Assembly: GCA_002269645.1 (NCBI GenBank)
Contig: NIVC01000166.1
Span: 62,001 to 126,000, forward strand
DNA: 64,000 nucleotides
Reading direction: 5' to 3'
Origin: Macrostomum lignano
Lineage: Eukaryota
Shown here: piece after piece, positions 30,171-42,136 of the stretch
Position numbering within the stretch: the stretch's first letter is position 1
How the letters are laid out: each line of letters starts with the position of its first letter
The notes under the pieces: model-generated
Seen by the model: the letters and a program-made list of their open reading frames with translations, nothing else
The model's database searches: none
What the model was told of the DNA's origin: nothing
Translations under genes and position numbers: made by a program

Positions 30171-32156
30171 ATGTTATTTTCTGGAACGCCCTCATGGAAT
30201 GGAACATCAAGTACTGGTGGTGGTACAAGTGGTGGAATAAGTGTTACATTCGGAGATAATCGATATATTAATGAAGATGAAGGTTATAAAAAAACTGAAA
30301 TTGATACTAAACTAAATTTGAAACGGAATGTTGCAGATTCTTATACCAAAACCGAAATTGATAATTCATTAAATTTAAAACGCAATACAGTCGATTCTTA
30401 TATCAAAACTGAAATCGACACATCATTAAATTTGAAACGGAATGTTGCAGATTCTTATACCAAAACAGAGGTTGATAATTCATTAAATTTGAAAAGAGAT
30501 ATAACTGATTCATATACAAAAACAGAAGTTGATAATGGGTTAAATTTAAAAAGAGATATAACCGATTCTTATTCTCGAACTGATTCTGATTCGCGTTATG
30601 TTCAAACCACCGCAACCGGAACCTTAGATATGGACAACAATCGAATTATAAATGTTGCAATTACAACGAATAACTCGGTAGTTGATAAGAACTATGTCGA
30701 TAATCAGGTTGGTAGTCGTAATGGCAATATCAATATGAATAATTTTAAATTAACAAATTTATTGTTTGGAACAGAGGACACAGACTCGGTAAATCTAGGG
30801 CAAGTCAACGCTCGAGCTAATGTAACAGACGCCGATATTTTTGCCACGCCGCTTACATCAAATACTTCAAATCCAGATGTTGTTCTTACAGCATCCGAAA
30901 ATAACAACGATGCTTTTCGAGTTGGAGATGGAAGCCTTGCGACACAATGGTCACCAAATACCGGAACCACAACCAATATGGAAATACAATTTGAATTTTT
31001 AGGTTATAATCGAAGAATAAATGAATTAAGAATTACAGGCAGCGCAACAATTGATATTCCATCGGGATGGTCGGTTCGCGCAAAAAATGTTGCTACCGAT
31101 GCATGGACGGTATTACGAACGTCGGGATCGCCAATTCAAGCAACTTCATTAGCATTAACTAATTTAACGGTTAATTTTTGGAAATATTATAGCGTTTTGT
31201 TCCCAAATGGTGGGACAGTTACGCAACCTATCGAAGTTCGCCTGATACAATTATTTGAACACCGAGTTGAAATTCAAGATCTTAATTGGCCGAATCAAAT
31301 ACTTTCCGCAACCCCACGAGCATACGTAGATCAGTTAGCAACCCCAACTTCAAATGGTAGAATGTCTGCGGGTGATAAAAATAAATTAGATAACATTCCT
31401 GCAATTGATGCCGCATTATTCGAGCCAGTAATTTGTAATTGGACTGGATATCAAAATCCAACAACTGCCGGAGATATATATCCAGTTGGTTCTTTAATTG
31501 GCGACGCTTCTTATATCGATTATCAAAATGGTGCTAGAATTACTCGTGAAACTGGTGGTGTCAGTGGGGCATTACAATTTAATTTCACACATTTTCAAAA
31601 TATATCAGCGTCTTTCTATTTCCGAGTTGCCAATTCTGGAGGAACTGGCGCAGATGCGGTTTGGTTTTATGCATATTGTCACGAACGACCAACAAGTGAA
31701 AGCGGGGCTGGTTTAGCAACAGACGCTGTATTGATAGTATTTGCGAGTGAGTGGCATGATAAATTTGGCCTACTTTGGAGTTCTAAAAAATCAGACGGAT
31801 CAAGCCGCGCGGATGTTAATACTGGCGCGGATCAAACGGTAGACTATGCAAATATTGATAACGGTGATTGGCATTTATTTGAAATTAATATTTTAAATCA
31901 AAGGGTTTGGTATAGAATACATTCATACAATGTTTCAGCCGATTCTTATACTCTCATTGGCCAGAACGTTTTCACATATGATAGTGGAAATTGGGGAACT
32001 TTAGATAAATCTGGAACCCTTATGGGTTTTGGTGCTCGAACCGGAGGAGCAGATGCTGCACATTTTATTCGTGGCGCCGCCGTTTGTGGTAGCACATCGT
32101 TTGGTTATGTTTTTCCCTCTACTGGTTATTTGGAAAAACCTCCTGTAGCAATATAA
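30171..32156 (+). CDS. Fibre / receptor-binding-like protein, 661 aa
   Basis: About five 19-aa YTKTEIDNSLNLKRNVADS repeats, DSVNLGQV neck-like motif, discoidin-like middle (DGSLATQWSP) and ConA/L-lectin-like C-terminus; domain names are inferred. Confidence 0.65.
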   Translation: MLFSGTPSWNGTSSTGGGTSGGISVTFGDNRYINEDEGYKKTEIDTKLNLKRNVADSYTKTEIDNSLNLKRNTVDSYIKTEIDTSLNLKRNVADSYTKTEVDNSLNLKRDITDSYTKTEVDNGLNLKRDITDSYSRTDSDSRYVQTTATGTLDMDNNRIINVAITTNNSVVDKNYVDNQVGSRNGNINMNNFKLTNLLFGTEDTDSVNLGQVNARANVTDADIFATPLTSNTSNPDVVLTASENNNDAFRVGDGSLATQWSPNTGTTTNMEIQFEFLGYNRRINELRITGSATIDIPSGWSVRAKNVATDAWTVLRTSGSPIQATSLALTNLTVNFWKYYSVLFPNGGTVTQPIEVRLIQLFEHRVEIQDLNWPNQILSATPRAYVDQLATPTSNGRMSAGDKNKLDNIPAIDAALFEPVICNWTGYQNPTTAGDIYPVGSLIGDASYIDYQNGARITRETGGVSGALQFNFTHFQNISASFYFRVANSGGTGADAVWFYAYCHERPTSESGAGLATDAVLIVFASEWHDKFGLLWSSKKSDGSSRADVNTGADQTVDYANIDNGDWHLFEINILNQRVWYRIHSYNVSADSYTLIGQNVFTYDSGNWGTLDKSGTLMGFGARTGGADAAHFIRGAAVCGSTSFGYVFPSTGYLEKPPVAI

Positions 32157-32172
32157 AATATTTATATATAAA

Positions 32173-32499
32173 ATGGCTTTTAGTAGAACTCCATCGATTC
32201 GACAAAATAATGTTATTATTCCAATTCCTAAACAAGAATCAAATATAAAAACTTTTAAATCTCATACGCGAATTTTATTTAGTGGAGTGAATGTCCAGGA
32301 TAATAAGAAACTTCAAGAATTAATTAAATTATTAAAAAATCATATTATACTTCAAGAGTTTTGGAAAATAGGTTTTAAATGGGAGAAAAAAGAAAGAATA
32401 ACTCCAATACAATACCTATTGAGCTCAGGACAAATCCCCAAAGAGCGCGGGGAATTCATTTTAGTGCTATTAAAAATAGACGAGAATGTCGGTGTCTGA
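32173..32499 (+). CDS. Polinton hypothetical protein, 108 aa
   Basis: tataaaATG start; tightly packed between neighbours. Confidence 0.55.
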   Translation: MAFSRTPSIRQNNVIIPIPKQESNIKTFKSHTRILFSGVNVQDNKKLQELIKLLKNHIILQEFWKIGFKWEKKERITPIQYLLSSGQIPKERGEFILVLLKIDENVGV

Positions 32500-33141
32500 A
32501 GCAGATAAAAGGGAACGTGACCATTTTAATTATGTGCATGTTACATGTTAAGTAATGTTGATCGTATTAACTATGATTATGATTTATATGCTAAAAAAGT
32601 AAGAAGGATTTCAAACCATATCAGAAATATGGATTTTTTCAATATTGGATTTGGAAGCTTATCAATGTAATGTGTAATCGTTTTAGGTATTTTACAGTCA
32701 ATTCCAACTCTTAATTTATCTCAATTATTTTTAGGTATTTCAATTGGCTCAATATCAGGTTTTGAATTAATCAGAAACTTATCAATACTTTTAGCAATTA
32801 AATTATATCTTAAAAAAAGAAAGGAAAAATATAAATCATTAAGAGACGTTGCAAAACAATATAAAAATCAGTTATATTTATATGTGCAAAAAATATTAGA
32901 TGATGGAGAGATAACAATTCATGAGTTATCAACTGCGGTTGAGTTATATGAAAAATATTTAAAAGATAAAAATAGAATTTTGGATGTTGAAACTTTTACC
33001 GATATGGAATTAAAAGAATTACGTTTGGACAAACCCAAAGCTCCACCTATAGAAACATTAGGTATTTACGAACCCGAAACTATTGGTACTGGGGTACAAA
33101 GCCCGCGATCAGGAAGTGCTGTAGAACTTAACGTTGTTTAA
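32486..33141 (+). pseudogene. Disrupted Polinton membrane protein (two hydrophobic segments + ILDDGEITIHEL motif)
   Basis: Frame change near 32535-32550 and a TAA near 32668; the continuous reading gives FNIGFGSLSM*CVIVLGILQ..LFLGISIG..VQKILDDGEITIHELSTAVELYEKY. Confidence 0.55.
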
Positions 33142-33651
33142 TCATGACAAGTCATGTGTACAAAGTACAGTTTTTCTAACGCATATGTTATGTATTCTTC
33201 CCAAAGTGGTAACTCTCTTGTAATCTTAGGTTTAAATTTTTTATCAATACATAAAAATTTCAATGACTTTTTCAATAACATTTCGTTAGGTATGTTGCCT
33301 ATCCTTATAAACTTTGTATTCACTCGCAAAAGAAAATTGAAATAATATCCAACTAAAATTAAAATCCTTTCAGCGTCTTTCGAACTTAATCCCTTTCCTT
33401 TATTTAAATGGAAAAAGTTATTATATAAATAAACATTATTTCCGGGAATTAAAATTGGATGAGAAATGTCCCTTGTAAGATTTCTTAAAATTGTGTTTTT
33501 AAAATAGTAATATGAGTTTTCAATCTTTTTTTATTTTTTCAAATTGATATACTTTAGAACATGAATAACACATATGATATATATCTCCGTTTGCTGTTTG
33601 ACCTCTATGCATAGTCACGTTACATTTTTTACATTCATAAATGTCTTTCAT
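33138..33651 (-). pseudogene. ~170-aa protein with N-terminal zinc ribbon, +1 frameshift in an A homopolymer near 33530
   Basis: MKDIYECKKCNV..MCYSCSK then a poly-A slip; span is 514 nt = 3n+1. The frameshift may be a sequencing error. Confidence 0.5.
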
Positions 33652-33677
33652 TTTTTTGTTATTTTTTTAGATTAAAA

Positions 33678-34010
33678 ATGGAGAGCTGGTTTAAAACCGA
33701 TTCTAATGTGATTAATTATCTCACACCCAATATGTTGGAGAATAAAGAATATAATATTATATGTTTGAGACAGGTTAAATTTATTGGACTTCAATCGATA
33801 TTTTTACAATTGGATGGAAATACAGTCCTATGTCTAAGTGGGAATGGTGTTAAAAATTTTCCAGTTTTAGTTATTAATAAACCGAAAATGTTTGTTATGA
33901 AATATAGTCAGGGGGATGGGTTGCAATTTAAACTAAAACAAACAAATAATAAAAAGAGTGACAGGACTGTAAAATTGGCTGCCGTTTGGGAGACTGGCGA
34001 AGATGACTAA
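33678..34010 (+). CDS. Polinton hypothetical protein, 110 aa
   Basis: taaaaATG start; overlaps the next ORF. Confidence 0.55.
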   Translation: MESWFKTDSNVINYLTPNMLENKEYNIICLRQVKFIGLQSIFLQLDGNTVLCLSGNGVKNFPVLVINKPKMFVMKYSQGDGLQFKLKQTNNKKSDRTVKLAAVWETGEDD

Positions 34011-34383
34011 ATTTTTTTATAAGAAAATGGAGACAATAAAAATCCTAATTACAAAAAAGCGCGAACTTAATGATATTAATAAAAAAATAAATACTATGTT
34101 TTATAGTGAGTATGGGGATGATATGTTTCCTATCCGATACGAGTTGGATAAAAGAAAGCGTTTTATAAAAGCTGAGATTGCTTATGCTGAAGCAGTAATT
34201 GAAATTGAAATCGATCGACTTGTTACGAAAATAAAAATACTTAGGAAAAAAATAAAAGATTGTGAGGAAAATTGGTGTTCTATAAAATCGAACGAAGTTC
34301 GCGACCCTGCGGGGCGATATGAAATCGAAATAGTGGATATTATGCTTAAACAATTACATGCTTTGGTTTTTTTCAAGTGCTAG
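34003..34383 (+). CDS. Polinton hypothetical coiled-coil protein, 126 aa
   Basis: ATGA-type overlap with the previous ORF; converges on the PolB stop. Confidence 0.5.
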   Translation: MTKFFYKKMETIKILITKKRELNDINKKINTMFYSEYGDDMFPIRYELDKRKRFIKAEIAYAEAVIEIEIDRLVTKIKILRKKIKDCEENWCSIKSNEVRDPAGRYEIEIVDIMLKQLHALVFFKC

Positions 34384-34628
34384 TTCATCAATATCGAACT
34401 CAAAACAATTATAATCAACATCAAATAGTAAACTTTTATAATATTCAATTGAATGCTCGTGCTGTGGTTTGTCATCAAAATAGTTTTTAAAGAATGGTTT
34501 CATAACTCCGTTTTTATCTGGTTTCTCTCTTTTAAATGTGTTTATCGTAGAGGTATATGTTTTTGATATTGTTGATCCGCTTTGGGGGATTATTATCCCA
34601 CCTTCAAACGATCGTTTCCACGGAGCAT
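34354..34628 (-). pseudogene. Detached C-terminal ~91 codons of the Polinton PolB
   Basis: Joining 49335 to 34628 across one TA copy gives in-frame IKVNN-NAPWKRSFEGGIIIP..NQSM*. Confidence 0.88.
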
Positions 34629-36668
34629 TACCCTTACTGCCAGTTTATGTTGTACCAATATTGACAGTGTTGCATAGATATTGCCGTGACATTTTATGTT
34701 TCAGCTACATTGTAACAATGTTGCCGTGACAACATTTTATTTTGTAGTGGTATTTTACTATTGAGGCTGCTTATAGTAGAACATAAGGGCACATGACCTT
34801 GCTCAAAAATTAGAAAATAATAAAACCATTTAGCTGGTAAAAGGCTGTTTCTTTGAAAGTAGCCAAGGCACAGAAAATTTATATTTAAGTACAAATTTTT
34901 TTGTCGTTTTTTAGGCCTTAATAAGTATTTTCTTTTGTTAATGTTAGAAGAAGTGTATTGCTCAATACAATTTATCGTTTATAAAACTTAAAAGATGTAA
35001 ACAATACATGGATAAAATTTGCATGGATAAAATTCTTGAGCTTGCTTGTAGCCCTTGTTAGATAGTTCTTGTTAGAACAGGCTAATATTTGGTTATTGTA
35101 GAGTCTAACACTACTTATGACATTTTTCAATATTCAAGTCACTAGTTACCTCATTGTTTTTTAAACAGTTCTATAGTCCCAGTCTTTCTTAATCTTAACT
35201 TAGCTAGACAACCAGACAAAGGCATAGCTAGGCGTCATTTATTTTCAGACCTTGCTGCCCTAGTAGATAGTTTTGGATGTGTTCTAAGCTTTATTTAAGT
35301 ATTTTAGGCATTTAATTTATAAAAAATTATAGTATGTAATGTAGGTAGGCCATTTTTATTTTAATTTAAGTTGGTATTAAAAATTGGATAGGCTAGGCCT
35401 ACAATTAGAACTTAGTAGCCTAGATGGTAGGCCTAACCTAGCTTGAACTATAAAACTTTGTATGCTAGCATGTGCTAAATCTAAGTTTATATATAATTAA
35501 AAAAATTAGGCCTACACTTGAAGCCTAGGTTTAAATGAATAATTCCAACTGGACTCAACTTATTGTAGTATTGAGCCATTATTTTTGGTTTTTTCATCTA
35601 TATTTTACTATAGGCAAAGGTATAGGGAGGGAGGATAGGGGGATGTATCCTTCCCTAAAGAGCCTAACTAATTTTTTTTGTTGCCTTTTGTTGCTATATA
35701 TGCTACCATGTAACTCTATCATAATACTTTTACCTTGGTATACCTTCCATAAAAAATTCTCCTTGGTATATCCCCTGTAGGAAATTCCTAGCTACACCTA
35801 CTGACTATAGACATAGCCATGGGGCTTATAAGTTATCAAGAATAATTAAAATATTTAAATAGTATATAGTTTTTCAAATATAATTTTATTATATCCCTAT
35901 TTACGAGTATTTAGGTATTTTAATTATGTTGATTTCAAAATATTTTCTTGAATGCCCTTTGATTTTTTTCTATATTGGCTATTTTAGCTTAAACCTAATA
36001 TTTATATAATTGCTTAATTTATTATATACTAATTAGGCCTATTTACTGTTTTGGAAAAAAATTATTTTCATAACTAGGGGGGGGCCTATTGGGTGGTCAT
36101 GTTAGCTGGCTGCATGTGTACTCAATCAGTTAGTTCATGTACTTTAATTTAATAGTTGTGGGTTGCTATGGCCCTGAGTATCAGTTCTATTAGCAAAGAA
36201 CAATCTGGGCCAATCTGGACTGTGCTGCCCTAGGGCTAAGGGATAAGGTCAATGGAAAAAAGCTAATATATATTGTCCATCAAAAGTTCTGAAACCCTTG
36301 CTACAATGCCTTCTAGCAGATATAATTTCAGTCTGTTTCAATTGTAACTTGATTCAAATGAAAGCTGCAGATCTCAGCTCCATAATATGGTCAAGAAAAA
36401 GTTTATTCAAAGAAGCGCGTGTGAACAGGCCAGTGTTATGTATATAAAGGTTAGAGAAAAAAGTGAGGAAAAGACTAAGAAATGCATCTACTAAGAATGC
36501 ATCTTATTTACAAATGTATCATACCATTAAGTAAAGTTTAGATATAACTACTTATGTATAAGCAATGTATATATCCTTTGTGATATAGTCATTGTCATAT
36601 GGGCTATATTCTTCAGTTTTCACATTAATATTCAATAAATCAAAAACTTTTCAGATCTTTACAAAATC

Positions 36669-38858
36669 ATGGAGAAGCAAATGAGCAAACGTACTATTCA
36701 GAGGCAAGCATTATCTGAGTACTATATGGTCCAAGACCAGAGAAGTTCTGCATCTGCTTCTGAATATCCTAATATAGGACTATCAGTTGACCAAGTACTA
36801 GAAGCTCAAGATTCCTGTGTATCTCTGTCTAGCAACCAACAAGAAGTTGAAATGGAAGCAGATATAGGATCTAAAGAGTTTGAAGTGGTACAGGCTCTAA
36901 ACCATTTTGGTAAGTTAATTTGTGGTTAACTGTTTAGCCATTTTTTGCTCTACTATAGATGAAATATATTTTGACTCCCTAAAAATTGTCACACTTTTCA
37001 GGTTCAAGTAATGCAAGCTTTCAAAGTAGTGCTAATCTATCTGATCGAGGCTCTGAATTTTCGGCTATGGAGTCTGAGCTTAACTTGATTGACCGTAGGG
37101 AGCAACTACAAACTGCTCTCTGTGATTGGGTCAAAGCAAAAGATCCAGACACTGCAATGGTTAATGATTTACTTCATCGCTTGGAAGCCATTGAGCCTGG
37201 CCTGCCACGTGACTATCGTACTCTGATGAAAACTGAACGCAAAGTATCTGTAAAAACTGTTGAACCTGGCCACTATTACCATTTTGGTGTCAAAGCTGCT
37301 TTAAATTTTGTACTGGCTAATCGTCCATCTTTGTTGCTGATGAGTACCGTTTTTTTTTCATCTTTTTATTGATGGTGCGCAGGTCTATCGGAGCACAACA
37401 TGTACCCTTTGGCCAATTTTTGGACGCCTAAGGGACCTTCGTGACTGTTCTTTTATCATCGGCATCTATTGTGGCGATTCGAAGCCTGCCTTTGTTAATG
37501 ACTTTCTGGCTGATTGCATAGCTGAGCTGCACAGTTTAATCTCAGCTGGATTCATAATGCCAAATGGAAAATGTGTTCCCTTTATTTTGGAGATGGTAAT
37601 GTGCGACACACCTGCTCGATCCTATGTTAAAAGTACCAAACATTGCACAGGCTACTTTTGATGTGACAAATGCGTAGTCGAAGGCGAGTATGTTGCACGT
37701 AGGGTCTGTTTTGTCGATGTTTCTGCACCTCTTCGCACTGATGATATGTTCCGCACGCCTGAAGCCTATATAGGCCACATTCGCAATCGCCAACAAAGTC
37801 CGTTTTTGTCCTTAGCAATAGACGTGATCAAGTGCTTTCCATTAGATCCCATGCACCTGATTTATGAGGGCGCTGTTTTCAGAATTTTAAAGTCCTTATC
37901 TGCCGCACATGTTGACTACCGCGTCCCTTCGCTTTCTATACGGCAAATCAGCACAACATTAACGTCTCTGAGATCATGTATAACGCACGATTTTCCTCGT
38001 CGGCCGCGATCCCTTAATGTTTTAAAACTCTGGAAGGCAACAGAATTGCGCATGTTTATCTTATATCTTGCACCTGTTGCTCTGAAGGGAATTGTTAGTT
38101 CTGTTATGTACCAGTTAATTCTCTCATTGCACACATTCACATTTCTTATGTCGCATCCCGTTTTATGTTCGCATTATTGCGATTTCTCAGAGGACCTCAT
38201 CAAGTGGTTTGTTTCTGAGTGCACAAAAGCATGGGGCCCAGAGTTCATTGTATTTTCGATTCACGCCCTAATCCATGTGCCGAATGACGTGCGACTGTTC
38301 GGTTGTCTCGAAAATTTTAGCTGCTTTTGGGGTGAAAACTTTATACGCTTTTTTACTAAGTTTTGTAGAGGCCCATCATTCACCCTGCAACAAGTTGTCA
38401 AGCGAGTTCTAGAAAGAGATGTTACCCTAGGCTATTTTGATAAGTTTTCTGGAACTCAGAATGTGTCTTTTTCTGGAATTAGACCCATTCCTAACATTAC
38501 TGTCCATCATTTATCTATCTCCGGAGCCTTTTCAAAAGTAATTCTGCCTGATCGACACACATTCATTTCCAATTTACATCCGGATTGCTATGTTTTTACT
38601 AAGCAAGGTGCTGTTGTTTGCGTGAAGCATATTTTATCATGCGTTGATAATAGTTTCATTCTAGTTGGTCTACAGTATCGCCGTATGGAACCATTTTATG
38701 ACAGCGCTGTCAATTCGTTAGATATAAATATAGTAGTTGTTAGCGATCTCTCTCGTGATTTGAGCTTCATCCCATCTGCCGATTTATTGTGCAAAGGGAT
38801 GCTTTTGAAGCAGCGCGAAGGCGGCTTAGTAGCACTTCCTATTTTGCACACCTTTTGA
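36669..38858 (+). pseudogene. EnSpm-type DDE transposase; intron 36910-37001, +1 slip in poly-T at ~37350-37358, TGA at 37659
   Basis: FIDG, CDTPARS..K..GYF*CDKC, DPMHL, WKATELRMF, HALIHV..FSCFWGEN motifs. Confidence 0.88.
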
Positions 38859-38897
38859 AATTTGCCTGTTCAAGCGTTCCGATTTAAATTAAGTTTC

Positions 38898-41457
38898 ATG
38901 ATGTCATCTTCTGACTCTGATCAAGAAGAGCCATCGATGCCTGCTCTGACCTATGCTCTCGTTTTATTCGCTGCCGACCGTTCTTTCGATTTGGTACTCA
39001 AAACATGGTTCAAGTCCCCGACGACTGTGCTGTGGCCCCCAAGACGAGCGTATGAGAAGGCAATCGATGGACGGATCGCTCCAGACGAAAATTGGACTCT
39101 ACACGAGGTGATCGTATTGGCACAGCATGGTACGTAAGCTGGTTTTTCTCAGTTCAGGGTTTGTTTCCCGTTTAGCATATACTTTTAAAGAGTTTCAAGA
39201 GTAAATATGTTTGTCATTTTACTGTAAAGCATGGTTAATAGTGACTTGTGAAGTTTCAAAGCCCATATATGTATGCCTATGTATGTATAAAATATAGGTT
39301 TTTTGCACTTGGTTTGTATTTTTGTTTATTACTTGTTTATTTATAACTGACATTATTACAAATTACATCGTACAATAAACAACTAAAAAATGTATCGCAT
39401 AATACTGATATGAATTAAAGTGCTCAATTATGACCTGCCAGGGAAAAATATTTGCATTACATTGCGCTTCTCGTTATATAACCTCTCAGATTCATGGCGC
39501 TCGGCTTTAAAATTAAGAAGTCGTTATGAAAACAAAGGTGACGTCGTATCTACGGACTGCGAAGTGTCGAGGCATCGTCCACCTGCTGATGTCTTCATCG
39601 ATAGACACAGTAATTGTCTGGACGAGGAGATCGAATATTCAAGGAATCGCAAATCAAGATCGAGATTACCAGCTGGTGAACCGACTGTGGTACCCAAGGC
39701 ACCAAGGCTGCAGACTGTACTGCAACAATCACATGCTTCGAACATCCGCCCTGGGCCCAACAGCAACAATTCAGCTACATCAGTTATTACCGCACCATGT
39801 GGGATTTTATCAGCTCGTGCTGCGGCAATGCCATCATCAGCTGGCGCTGCGGCAGTGTCATCATCTGCTGGCGCTGCGGCAATGCCATCATCAGCTGGCG
39901 CTGCGGCAGTGTCATCATCAGCTGGCGCTGCGGCAATGCCATCATCAGCTGGCGATGCGGCAATGCCATCATCAGCTGGCGCTGCGGCAATGCCATCACC
40001 AGCGAATCGTAACCGGTCTGCTCTGCCGTCTGCAGTGTCGTCGCCGGGCTTACGAAATTCACCATCGGTCGAACTGTCGCCTTTCGCAGCTGCAAATACA
40101 CAGTCACTTCTGGTGACTCTCGGCGATTTGTACGGAGAACAACCTGATGTTGCTAGTCCAGGACAATCGTCAACTGTAACTTTGGCAGAAGTTGCTTCTA
40201 TGATTTCCAAAATAGAAGGTAACAGTTATGATATTTTTTTACCCTACCAGTAAATGCTGCTTACAGATAGACTCACTATTTACTCCTTAGATCCAAATTC
40301 ATGAATCCACACTAAATATTAAAATGAATCTGTTCATTGACTGACATGACTATAGCTTATACTCATTTTATATTTTCACAACAACTACGCTTTGATTTTT
40401 TATGAGAAAAATGGTTTGTCTCGTATAGAAGTATATTTCTCAGATACATATATAGCAAAAACATATAATATGCGTATAATAAGCAAACAACGATTTTATT
40501 TTTCTAATATTTCAGCGTCGCAGCGGGCGACGTATCTTAAAGTGTGCAGCATCGATCGGCGACTTCAATCGATTGAGCAGCATATCTCCTCAAACCCATT
40601 GCCCGCTGCTCATTCTGCTGCTGATAGTCGACAACACCAAATTCCTACTGACAAAGCCATTTTGGGTGGCTTGCCGTTCAACTCCCCGGAGGGGCTTCTA
40701 GCATGGAGCCGTCAAGTCAAGGAGGATCGAAAGTCAACAGAGACTGTGGTAAATATTCGTTAAATAAAATGATACAGCTAGAATGCAATGTGCACTGTAA
40801 TTAAAGCCACTGATTTCTTTTTTTGCTAGAGATTTCTGATTCTTTAAAATATCGTACAATGATAGCAAAACGATTTGCAAGCTTTGATAGATTCTTATAA
40901 GAAGCTATCTAACAAGACTTCTTTCGACTTCAATTTTGTGATCAACCAACATCAACATTTCAGTTCGCCTTTCTCCGTCGGTTGGGTGGAAAGTCTGTTT
41001 CAACGCAAGTAAGCACCCTTATGTACCAACTGATGACCGACGGATTGGCTAAGCAGTACAGCCTTCGTGGTGCCGTTCGTAGGGGTGTGTCCAAACTGCC
41101 GTTTGAAAACCTTGGACTTCTCCCCCTTATCAAAAGTAAGAAAAGCAGAATGTAATGCCCATTAGTTTCTAATTCAGACGTTGAAATAGTCCATTTGTGT
41201 TCGATTTAATTTATAATTCAGGAATTCTCTCGTTCTCAGATGTCGTATGGACGGCCCATAAGACGGCGACAGGACTCGCGATCGAGGAAGCCGTGGGCGA
41301 GCATCTGCGCTTTGCCGCCGTTCGAGAACGTCGCAAAGCTGAACGCGCCTCTAGTGGGCAAAATGCTGCCGATTCTGGTGTTGGTCCTAGATTGGACGGC
41401 GAAGGCGATGCTGAAGGTTTCGGTGCTGACGACGCTGACGAAGAAGACAATTATTAA
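38898..41457 (+). CDS. EnSpm second gene (spliced; DUF4806-like C-terminus; 27-bp AAAMPSSAG repeat)
   Basis: GT-AG exons; LVLKTWF..VLWPP N-terminus and FLRRLGGKSV..LAKQYSLRG..KLPFENL C-terminus; internal exon limits approximate. Confidence 0.65.
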
Positions 41458-42136
41458 TGGCGTGTAAAATCAATCGCAATGTACCAAGTTATTTTGTCAA
41501 CATCCAGCTGTCCGAATTTCTTTGATTGTTTGATAGCAAAGGACATTTTTGTATTGAAGCCTCTAGTTGTGGGTGAATATAAAAAAATGATGCTGCAAAG
41601 TGATTTTCCTTCTTAAAGCCGCTTTGTATGACTTTGTATGCCATATTATTTCCCCCTTATCTAAGTTATATTTGCATACCATTGACTTACAAATTTACAA
41701 CAAACCCTATTGACATCTCTTTGCGCAGTAAAAACCATTTGCAATTTATTCTGTTTTGAAGTAAAATTCCATCTAGAAAAATATAAAACCAACAACTTTT
41801 TGTTGTACTTCGAGTGCGCCATTTTGTTTCATTCTTCCTATTGAATTGGATTAAAGCTGCAGGGTGGTCTTGCGTCTCGTTTTGTTTTTTTCAGAATATT
41901 AAAACAATCTACTACAAATTAAATAATCTCGCTGCATTACTATCAGTAGGAAGAAAAGAGATTTCAAAATGTTGTTATGTCAACATTGCTTTAATGTTAT
42001 GGCAACATTATATAGCAACATATGACAACATTTGCAACGACAAAAAATATGTTGCCGCAACATTGACATCAACAATTCAGCAACATTAGATATCAACGTT
42101 GTGACAACATTGTGGCAATATACCTGGCAGCTAGGG

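Larger units (their letters stand above)
34631..42136 (+). mobile_element. EnSpm/CACTA (CMC superfamily) DNA transposon, 7506 bp, inserted in PolB
   Basis: Imperfect TIRs ccct..ctgccag / ctggcag..aggg, flanking TA duplication, subterminal caacatt/aatgttg repeats, two genes. Confidence 0.9.
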
